NCBI GenBank assembly: GCA_002104945.1
Contig: MCFH01000046.1
Span: forward strand, 1-64,000
Direction of reading: 5' to 3'
Length of the DNA stretch: 64,000 nt
Origin: Piromyces finnis finn
Lineage: Eukaryota; Fungi; Neocallimastigomycota
Below, piece by piece: positions 49,425 through 61,116 of this stretch (positions within the stretch are counted from its first letter, which is position 1; each line of letters starts with the position of its first letter). A program made the position numbers and the translations under genes. The notes under the pieces were generated by a model. The model ran no database searches, was not told where the DNA came from, and saw nothing but the letters and a program-made list of their open reading frames with translations.

Positions 49425-51563
49425 TATATATAAAATAAAAAGTATTTATATTATTATTTTTAATTAATAAATTATTGTTATAATTTTGTAATTATACAAA
49501 CTTTAACATTTTTTATTATCCTTTAAGTTATATATATATATTTTATTTCATAGGAAGAATTGATTAATATAAATATCCATGTTTATAACGATAAAATAGT
49601 TTTTTTCTATACATTATTTTTTTTTAATATACGTTAATATGTTTGATATTTAGTATAAAGTTATATAGTGATTTAATATAATAACGATGTTGAAAGATTC
49701 GTTTAATGCTATAATTACTTTGGAATATGATGAACAATCTTTTTCTAAAGTAATCATTATAATATAAACTTTTTTTTCCCATCTTTTCTTCCTTCAGTTG
49801 TATTTTTTTATATGTTTTATCTTAAAAGATGATATTTTTTTTTTGCCCTAATTGTAACACTAATTTATTTAGTTATATATTATTTATTCATTTAAAAATA
49901 AATGAATATGTTTTACATCACATCAATTAAATTAAAATTAATTTATTTATTGATTAAATCAATACTTCTGACATCATTTCCTTTTATGGTTATTCGTATT
50001 TAAGATTCAAATTTTAATGTTACCTAAATTATAGCACAACAAATTTGTTATTGGGTGATATAAGGCATACCAAATGATATTTCTATATTTTTTAGATGTT
50101 ATCATAGAACTATTTTGTTTATTTAATATTAAGGTTTTTTAAATTTTTTAAAATGAAATTATATATATAAAATATATAAATGCTCGTATACTTTAAAAAC
50201 CTTTTTATTTTATATATAAATATTTCTTTTTTTTTTTAAATAGCTTCGATTTTAAAAGTAGTATTATAATATATATTATTAATTTCCTTCATTTTAATGA
50301 TATATCATTGAATAATAATTATATTTTTATTATTTTATTACTATCTTTATTTTTTTTTTATTTCAACTAAACTAAATAAATATTATTAAAGTTAAAGTAA
50401 AAATTTATAATATTTTTCCGGTTTATTTATTTTTATTTGTTTTTAAAGTAGTATTAATGCTATTATTATTATCATAGTAATAATGTTTATTATAATAAAT
50501 ATTATTATTGTAGCTATAGAGGCTATTATTATATTATTATTATTACTACTAGTTCAAAGTCTATAAACATAAAACCGTTCATTACACACTCTAACCGATA
50601 ATAATAAAATTTAATATAAATTCTATGTTTATAAATGGAAATACTGTAACTTTAATAAATAATATTTATTATTATTAATTGTATATTGATATATTATAGT
50701 ATATTATATAATATATTATTTTATATGTCATGATAAAATTTATGTGATGTAGATTAATTTTATTTGCAATGATTTACTTTTTATTTGTTTTATGTTAAAT
50801 ACATACATCATTCTACATTCCTACAAATAATATCTATTTCATGTACAATTACAAAATTTAATCTATTTTTTATTAAAAATAGTTACAATTGTTCTACAAC
50901 ATCTATTACGTGATTTAATTATCATTGATATATAAAAAAAAGGATTTAATCATATTATTAATTTTACTATTTATATATATAATCTATTTTTATTAAAAAA
51001 TATATATATATACAAAGGTATTTCATTTTTTTTTTTCTTTTTAAATAAAAAGAACTCATTATTAGAAATACATTAAAAAAAGGTAGTGTGTTGTAATAGA
51101 AATTAAATTTATTAGAATGAATATATGTATATTATTTTATATTTAAAATAAAACGTAGTGTTGTTGACTTTTATAAAATAAATAAATAATAATTTTATTA
51201 TTAATATTATTATTCAAAATAATCAAATAACCATATAATAAATATTAATGCTATAAAACAAAAATTATAATGAAATGTTTAGTACTATTTAGTTTTATAT
51301 ATTATTATTGTAATATTTATTTACAGATGAAAGTAAATAGTATAATTAAAAGAAAATAATTTATTTTTTTTTAAAGTAATTTTAAAAATTATTTAATATA
51401 CACTTTTTATTATATAAACATACTAATTTTATTTTATTTTTATATATATAAATTTTATTGTGTATAAAAAATTCACCTCAATAGAAATAAATATTATTGA
51501 GTAATATTTAGTTTTTTTTTCTCCATTCTTTCCAAAAAAAAAAAAAAAAAAGTTAAAAAAAAT

Positions 51564-51594
<31 letters not shown>

Positions 51595-51624
51595 ACAAGG
51601 AAATAATAATAATAAATAAAGAAA

Positions 51625-53013
51625 ATGGCTTCAAATAAGAAGAGCGTTGATGCTAATGCTTGTCAATCAAAGACTCCAATTTGCAAGTTAGCTTGCTATG
51701 GTGTTATTTTAATATTTATGATTTTCCAAGTAAATATTTAATATTTTATTTATTTTATAAAATTAAAAGAAATATAAGTAAAATAAAAAAATATATATAA
51801 GAAATAATATTTTTTTTTTAAAAAAAAAAAAAAACATAAAAGAAAATATTTTACATTTACAATATAAAAGTTAGAAATATTTTAATGATAGAATGATCAT
51901 TTTATAAGATTAAGAAATAAAAATATCAACATTAAACTGAAAGATAGCACAAAAATAATATATTAGTATTGTGTTTAATAAACATAAAAAGGAAATTAAA
52001 AATGAAAGAGTATTTTTTTTTTAACAAATTTAATAGCAACCATAAATATTAATAATGTATTTTATTATTATTATTATTTTTTTTTTGAAAAAAATAAAAG
52101 ATTACCCAAATTAAAAAATCTACTGAAATCGTTAATGATATTGGTAGCAATATTCGTTCCGAAGTTTGTGAAACTTACCAAGAAGAACATCCAAATGAAA
52201 AGCACTATGGTATTTCAGAATTAGAATCTATTTTCAGTGTCAAGTATGCTTCAAAGACAGTTTCAGAAAGTGCCTTTATTGAAAATTTATTAAACACTAT
52301 GAACGTTACTGAAAGTGAAAGATATCAACAAGATGTTTATGAATACCAAAGACGTAACAATCAATATGGTCCTTTAATTGAAAGAGGATTTGATAACGAT
52401 AAGAGATTCTACATTAAGGTAAATATTAAGGGATATAACGTTATAGATTGTAAAAAAATTGAAATAAATAATATTAGCATATTAATTAATTTGTATTATT
52501 TATTTTATAGCTTTCTTCAAAGGAAGTTGGTTATGGTCTTTTTGCTAATGTCGATATTTTACCAAATACCGTCATTGGTGCTTATCACGGTACTCTTACT
52601 CATGTAAAATCTGGTTATACTAACACTGATTATGCTTGGGATTATGGAACATTCCCAAACCCAGAAAACCCAGAAGAAAATGTTGAAATTTGTATTGATG
52701 GTCGTACTTATGGTAAATATTATTTATTATTAAAAAAAAAATCATAATAATAATAAATAAATTACTTAAACTAATGGGATGAATGTATTTATTAGGTACT
52801 TGGTTACGTTTTGTTAACCACAAGGAAGATGCTGATGCTAACTGTTATGCTATGTATGTCCCATACAACAACAGATGGTACATTGTTTACATGACCAGAA
52901 AGTTCGTTCCAAAGGGTAGTGAATTATTCATTAGTTATGGTGATAATTACTGGACTGCCAGAGCTGAAACTCACAATTATGAAGCTGAACCAGAAAAGGC
53001 TTATGAAAATTAA
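51625..53013 (+). CDS. SET-domain (lysine methyltransferase-like) protein with an N-terminal signal-anchor/TM segment; 4 exons, 280 aa
   Basis: Exons 51625-51729, 52101-52418, 52511-52712 and 52796-53013 sum to 843 nt. The hydrophobic segment is ICKLACYGVILIFMIFQI. SET motifs: VGYGLFA, IGAYHG, IDGRTYGTWLRFVNH and ELFISYGDNYW. Confidence 0.9.
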
Positions 53014-54090
53014 TTATAAGCATAAAATAAAAATAAAAAAAAAATATAGTATAAAAAATAATGTATATATAATAATTATTAAAAAGCAAATGATAATTTT
53101 TTTAAAAATTATTATTAGTATACATATAAAGAAATTTGGTTTTTAAAATTTAGAGATACAATAAACATATATTACCATCATAAATATATATTATAAAAAT
53201 ATTTAAATAATTATAAAATATATAAAAAGTCAAATTTAATCATCATAAAGTTTTTTTTTTAATAAAAATAAAATAAAATCTCATAAATAAATTAAATAAT
53301 TATTTAAAATGGTGTTTTAGTATTTCTTAGTGTTTAAAAGCAATAAAACATACTCTTTATTAATTCTTAATACTAACGTAAATAACAACAACACTAGTTT
53401 CACCAATATTGATTCAAAATAATCATTTTTTTTTTATTTAGGTTATTTATATATTTATCTATTTATTTAATTATTAATATATTTTATATGGATCTTTCAT
53501 AAATTATTAAATGATTAATATTAATGTTGAACAAATTCAATCCAATCATTTAATAATTAAATATAAATTATTATAGTATGATTATTATTGTAAATTTTTT
53601 GATTTATTTATTATTAATAAACCATAATTCTTTATTTATAATTATTTTTTTTGTATATAATATATATATTATAAATCTTTTTATTTAGGATAATTCAAAA
53701 GTTTTATATATATATTTTTAAAAATTAAAAAAGATTAGTACTAATAAATAATAACAACAACAACAATAATAATAAAAGGATTTATTATTGATATTAATTA
53801 AATAAATCTAAAAAGTATGTGTTATAAATATATATATATTAATAAATATTAATATAAGCTTATTTCATTTTACATCGTAAAATGAAACATTTTTAAAAAA
53901 TTAATAATGCTAACATAAAATTATTGTTTTATATATTATCTGCTTTTTTTTTTCTTTTCTTTCTTTTTTTTTTTAAATAAAATTAACAAACCATTTTATA
54001 TTCAATAATCACAATATCTTAAAATTATATAAATAATATTAAATGTTACAATTAAATAATAATAATAACAATAATAATTAAGAAATCAAG

Positions 54091-56885
54091 ATGAGTGAAA
54101 TTGAAGAAAATGAAGTTATAAACAATGAAGTCGAAGAAGAAGTCATTGAAAAACCAGTTCTTTCAATGAATGGTTAGCAGCAAAGTTCTATAATTTTTAT
54201 ATTTATATAAAAATACATTATTCAAATAAAATTTGAAACGAAAAGAATAAAAAAATAATAAAAAAAAACTATCAAATAGAAATAAAAATTTATAATAAAT
54301 ACAAAATAAGATTATCATTATAAATACATAACATAATAACAATAATAACAATAGTAATATAAACAAATGTAGTTAGTTATATTATTATCACTATTTTTCA
54401 AAATAAATAAATTTAATATATTTATATTATTTGAAATGCAAATATACAAAATTGATTATTCATTTTTCTACTTGTATATGTTTATATCATATTTTAAAAT
54501 ATCAATTTTAATAGTTCTTGAAATCATTACTGAAGAAAGAAACATGCACGGTTTAAGACACCAAGATTATCAACGTTACAGGTATAGATTTTTATTTTAA
54601 TTAAATATTTACTGTAAAACTCTAGAAAAATTCAATTTTTAATTAATAAAAAATAAAAAATAATTAAATTTTTAAAAATAAGACGTTACTGTACACAGAA
54701 AATTCATAATTTAAGAAAATTCTTAAAACTTACTCAAGGAAAGAAAAGATATCAAAAGAAGGAAATTACTATTGATATTATTAATAACATTAAGTATGAA
54801 CTTTATTATAAATTTATATATATATACATTTTATTCTACAATAAAAATAGAATTGATAAATATACAAAAAAAAAAAAATTAAGAATTAATAAAAATTTCA
54901 CAATATTAAATTAAATAAAAAAGACATTTATACGTTTTCCTCTTTTCAGCTGAACGTGCTTGGAGTTATGCTATGCAACTTAAATCAGAATCACTTGATG
55001 AACCAAGAAAACATTATCATTTAATAAAAAGATTAAGAAAAGCTGCTTCTTATGCTAATCAACTTGAAGATGTTTGTAAGAATTATGAAAAAATAGATGA
55101 AAAAACTCTTCTTGATGTTCAAGTAAGTTAAAAAAAGATCAGTTGATTTTTAATTTTAATCAATATTTTTAAATAGAAAAAGCAATGAAAAATGATGAAG
55201 TATTATAATTTAGTATAACTAAATTAAATTTATTTTCAATTTCTGTTTTTTTTTTTAATTTATTTAAAAGGCTTATGCTGCTTTAATGACTGGTTATAAG
55301 TTATTTGAAGAACAAGATTGGCAAGCTGCTTTAGAAAAATTTGCTATTGCTAGGTATCTTTTATTTATTTTTTTTTTTAGAATTTTTAAAATGTTTTAGA
55401 ATACTAATTTAATAATAATGGCAACTTTAAAATTTTAGAACAATTTATGAAAAGTTAGCTGCTGCTGGTGATCCGCAACAAGAAGCTCTTTGTCATTCAA
55501 CTATTGATTCAATTGATCCAAATATCAGATACTGTGCCTACAACTTAAAAATTAACAACACTTCTAATGAAGATGATATTGCTACTTTAGTTGAAATGAA
55601 ATTAAAGAGTTCTTCTACCGGTGCTAATTTCTTAGACGATAAAATTGAAGCTTTATTACAAAAGAAAATTCAAGAAAAGGCATCTCAATTTACTTCAATT
55701 ACCTGGCGTAGTCATAACATTGATATTAAGAATTCAAAGATTGCTGAAGGTATATTACAAGCCAATGATGCTATAAAGGATCTTGAAAAGGCTAAGATTG
55801 TTGATGCTGAAAATGAAAAGGATATCAAACAATTTAATGATAGTGTTGAAGATAAATTAAGCAGATTCAGTAATGTATTAAATGCTTATCATGATGGTCA
55901 AAGACAAGCTGAAAAGGAATTACTCGAAGATAAAGTAATAATAATATTTTATATGTAAAAAAATTTTTTTATTAATTTAACAATGTATTAAAATATTTCA
56001 TAAAAACTAAATAATTATTTATTTAAATTATAATAGTTGGCTACTGATAAGGTTACCTCATCCAAGAGTGAAGAAAAGACCAATAATCTTAAGGCTTTAT
56101 TCTCATACATTTCATACCAAAGATTAATGTTTACACTTAATCGTAATTTATTACTTATTAAGCAAATTGAAATCAATAGTACTTATCCAACCGAAGATAA
56201 CACCAAACTTTGTAAATCAGACAATATTGTCAAGTTATATGATACTATTCAACAAGTGAATATTTTTTCCCTTCATAATAAGAATTTTATATGAATAGCT
56301 ATTTTTAATTCATAGCAATTACATTAACATTTGAATATTTTTAAATTATAATTTTAAATAAGGTTATTAATGAAGTTAAAGAATTACCATTTGTTGATAC
56401 TGATGTTTCTTTATCTGCTATATTATCCATTAAGACCTGGTATTACAAGGCTTGCAGGTTAATAGACTTATTTATTTAAAAAATTATTGATTAATGCATC
56501 TATAAACAAACATTAAGATATACATATTAACAATTTTTATTATTATATATGTCTATAGATGTTTATCTTGTGCTAATCTTTATATTGAAGACGCAAAAAT
56601 TCCAGAATCATTAGCTTTATTAACTCGTGCTAATTCCTATGTTAGTAATTCTAAATTAGAAATTGATACAATTTTAAGAAAAATTTCAGGTAATAAAACT
56701 TTATCAACTGAAATTAGTGAAGAAGATGTTAAAGAATTAGAAGAATTTAAACAAAAATGTGAAGAACTTAGTGGTAAGATACGAAAACTTAGAATTGAAC
56801 AAAAGGCTAAATATTGTATGTCAATTGCTGAAGAAGAAAATGCCTCTTCAATTGAAGATCTTACTAAAAAGGAAGGAAAAAGAAA

Positions 56886-56945
<60 letters not shown>

Positions 56946-57227
56946 TTATTAATTAAATTTATACTATTTATTATACTATTGAAATATTTTAAATAGATTC
57001 TCATTAATCATTTGGATGATTATGCAACTGATGAATTTGATAAAAGTGATCCACGTCTTATTGACTTCCCACCAGCCTTTGAACCAATTCCATGCAAACC
57101 ATTGTTCTTTGATATTGCTTTAAATAAGATGGATTACTCAATGGATAGATTACATTTAAGAGCTTCTGGAAAAACTCAAGAAAAGAAGGGATGGGGTATA
57201 TTCAGCATGTGGGGAAAGAAGAAGTAA
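54091..57227 (+). CDS. SRP68: Signal recognition particle subunit SRP68; multi-exon
   Basis: Contains RNMHGLRHQDYQRYRRYCTQKIH, LFSAERAWSYAMQLK, KRLRKA, IDPNIRYCAYNL and ITWR, and ends LIDFPPAFEPIPCKPLFFDIA...GWGIFSMWGKKK*. Confidence 0.95.
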
Positions 57228-57793
57228 ATTTTGGATTTTCCCTAATTATAAGAAAATAGAATTTTATAATAAACTTTAATTTTTTTTAATAAAAACGTGA
57301 ATTTTCATTCAATACAATAATTACCAAAATAATTAAAATAATAACAACATATATTACCAATATCATCATTAAAAGAACTATTAAAAATTTAATTAAATAA
57401 TTTTTATTATTTGTTTTAATTTTATTTTTGATATGGAAAGAAAAGAAAGAAAAAAAGAAAGAAAAAAAAAAAAAGAAAAAAAAAAAGCAATGATACAAAA
57501 GTTCAATAAAAATGTCATTTTTTTATATATATTTTTATATTAAAGAAAGAATCATCAAATAATAAAGAAACCATATGCTGTAGTCATTACATATTTTTAA
57601 TAGAAATATAAAATGAAAATTTAAGAAAGAAAGCATATGGTAAGCCTCTAAAGAAATTTTGGTAGTAAGAAAAATATATTTAAAATAAATAAATAAACAA
57701 GAAATAATAATAATAATTATTATAATAATAAATAATAAAAAAGCCTATTAATAATCAAACATTTTTATTTTAATTTTACTTTTGATATTTTAA

Positions 57794-57825
<32 letters not shown>

Positions 57826-58052
57826 AATAAGAAAAGTTTAAAAATAAAATAAAAACTAAAACTATAAAAAAAAAAAAAATATTAAAAATATATATTAAAA
57901 ATAATCATATATATATAAAATAAGCAATAGATTTATATTTTTATAAATAATTAATTTGTATAATTCTTCTTATAACATTTAATAAAATTTATAATAAAAT
58001 AAAAATTATTTTTTATAATTTATAACTATGAATATTAAGGTAAATGTATATA

Positions 58053-60452
58053 TTAATATTTATTTTCTTTTTCTTTATGACTAAAAGTATTAATTCCATA
58101 CGGATTGTTTAAAGGTCTAATAATACCACAACCATAGTCTTTATCACCTCTTCTTAATTTACTATTATAACAACAATAATAATAGAAAAAAAAAAAAAAA
58201 AAAAGAATGACAGTTTAATATAAAAATATTTTTAAGTTTAAAAATAATAGATATATAAAATTATTATAATGGATTAAAACCAACCTTCGAATGCTTGGAA
58301 GAGTATAATTTACTACATTTTTATGTCGATGACTTCTTCTATTTGGATTTATATTTTCTTTATTAGAAGAAAAATGGGAAGGTGACTTATAAGGGGATAT
58401 TAATATTTTTGATAATACATTTTTATTTTTATTTTTATTTGATAAAGAAGATATTGAAGAAATAATTTTAATGTTTGTCTCTTGGGATTTTTTTTTATTT
58501 TTTTTTAAAGAAGATGATTTCACCGTGGGATTTGTTTTTTTTGTTGGTTGATTATTTTTATAATTTTTAATTTTTTTATTTGTATCCTTTTTTTTAGTAT
58601 TAAATAGATCATCATTCCGGCTTTCATTAGTGTCACGATTCATCGTCTTCGTATCTTGAACAATTTTGTCATATTCATGATTTTTTGGATTTTTTATAGA
58701 ATCATTACTAGAATCTGAACATATGGAATAATCAGTATCATCTTCTTTATTATTACTATTATAATATGGTTTATTTATTGTATCAAAAGTATTTGGGGCA
58801 ATTATAAAGGATGATTTTGTTTTTTTAAAAGTATGAGATTTACTTGTATATTCATTTCCTCTCTTTTTTTTATTGAAATTTTCTTTTAAATTGATATTTA
58901 TTAAATCCTGATCATCAGAGTTTTTTGATAATGAAGGAGATGGTGATGAAGAAGATAAAAAAGATGTCGTTGATGATGATACATGTTTTAAATCATTTTT
59001 TTTAATTACGATAGGTAAGTCATCTGAATTTTCAATATATATTTCTTTTTTATCACTAGGAATATTCTTTTTAATTATTTTTACTTTTGATGATGTGGTG
59101 GATTTATTGACAATTGATTTTGTCGGTTCTTGAAATTTGGAATTTGAATTTGATGATGAATGATCATCATCATTGTTATATGTATCCGATAATATCGTAT
59201 TTTTATTGGAAAAATTTGTTAAATCTTTCAATTGAATAGATTCTGGCTCAATTTCAGAAATTATGGTATCATATGAAATTTCACTAGATTCATTATAATC
59301 TGATACTTTTTGAGGAAAGTTATATTTGTAATCTTTAGTGGTATTTTTATTCATTCTTCTGGATAGAGAAGATGAATTATCATTATTTAAAGTCAAATAT
59401 GAAATATTTTCTGGATCATATTCACTATTAAAAATATTTTGTTAATTAATATAGTATATGAAAAAAAAATAATAATAAAAAAAAGAGAAATAAATAAATA
59501 AATAAATAAATAAAAATAAAAATAAATATACTTAATATCAGTAATCGCATTCAATTTAAAGGTATTAAGTTTTTTGGATGTGTTTTTATTAATTGATCTT
59601 TCTGTTTAAAAGATTTGAAAAATCTATTATTAGTTATATCATATGAAGTAGTAGGTTAATTTATTTAAGGTATTACAAAATTTTCTTTTTTAAAATTATA
59701 ATATATAATATTTATATAATTATTGAAAAATCATACTTTATAAATTTAAAAAGAGTTTATATTTTATTTGATATATACGTTTTTAAAATATTATTAATTA
59801 AGTATCAATTATATATTAAAATTTATTATAAAATAAAAACCTTTAACAGTGTTATGAGAAAATTGTTTATTATCAATGGTTAATAATATATTATAAAGTG
59901 AATTAAATATTTTTTCCAAATATTCCTATTATATATATGAAAAAGCACTTTTATTAATAGGATAATTCATTTAAATGAGTACCATAAAAATAATTGTACT
60001 ACCTTTTGAGAAGAATCCATTGAATATATCTTATTTTTAAACTCATAATAATAACAAAGGCAATTTTTAATCATTTTTCCAATTTTATTAAGTTTATTAG
60101 TCAAGTCTATATTTGCTTGTAATAACTTACTATGCTTTATCTTTTTATTTATATTAAGAAAATAAGTTTTTAAAAATATAAAAAAAAAAAAAATGTATAT
60201 TGTAACCTTTATTATATATTATATATTACTTCAAAATTTCTTAGTTTAGCTGCATAAATTGTATTAATCCTTGCCATGTCATTGTTTTGTTTTTTATAAT
60301 TTTGTTTTACTTTTTCATAAAAAGGTATAGAAACATTAAAAATAATATATTATTTAATTATTTAATAATTATAGTAATAGATATTAATACTATTATAATT
60401 CCAATTGTATTTTTTTTTTAAATAAAATATACTTACATATTTCTAGTTCCAT
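58053..60452 (-). CDS. SGO1: Shugoshin (Sgo1/Sgo2 family); 7 exons, about 545 aa
   Basis: Exons 60452-60437, 60309-60230, 60140-60003, 59925-59841, 59601-59532, 59424-58285 and 58161-58053 sum to 1638 nt. The N-terminal coiled coil is LKQNYKKQNNDMARINTIYAAKLRNFEIKHSKLLQANIDL. The C-terminal SGO motif RRSHRHKNVVNYTLPSIRS|KLRRGD spans the last splice junction. Confidence 0.87.
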
Positions 60453-61116
60453 TTTTTTTTTTTTTTTAATATTTTATGCAACTTTTAAATATATATATAT
60501 AAAGAAATAACATATTTTCTCGATATGAAACCGAAGGAAAGAAAAACAAAAAAAAAAAAGAAAAGAAAAATGCTTTTTTTTTTATTTAAAAATTTTTGTG
60601 TGAAAAAATAAAAACTTTAAAAATTACTACCAAATGAAAATTGAAGAAGAAAATTTTATTTCACAATTTATATTAAAAATTGCAAGTTTACATTAAATCT
60701 TTTTTAAATATTACAATTTTATATATTAAAATTTTAATCTATCAATATTTAAAAAAAAAAAAAAAAAATAGAAGTATATTTTATTTTATTAAATTAAAAT
60801 CTGAATAATTTTTATACATTTTATTTCTTAGAAAATAATAATAATAATAAAAAAATAAAAATAATAATAAAGTTGAATTATACAATAATCTACAATAATA
60901 TATAAAATATAAATTTAATTAAAGTAGATTATCTTTTATTAATAAAATAATGTGGAAATTTCTAAACATATTTAATTAAAGATTAATAAATATTATACTC
61001 ACAATTATTATAAAAATTGTTCCAAAGCTTTAAAAAATATCTCTATTATAAAAATAACAAATAATATTTAAAAATTTAAATTTATTTTAATTAGTAAAAT
61101 AACTTTTTGATAAATA

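Noticed and set aside
49688-49850. Short ATG-led reading frame MLKDSFNAIITLEYDEQSFSK with a possible GT donor
   Set aside because: No convincing downstream exon or recognisable domain.
60634-60696. ATG-led short ORF as a possible first exon of the Clr2-like gene
   Set aside because: The nearest acceptor before 61117 gives an in-frame stop; ATG 61117 is the simpler start.
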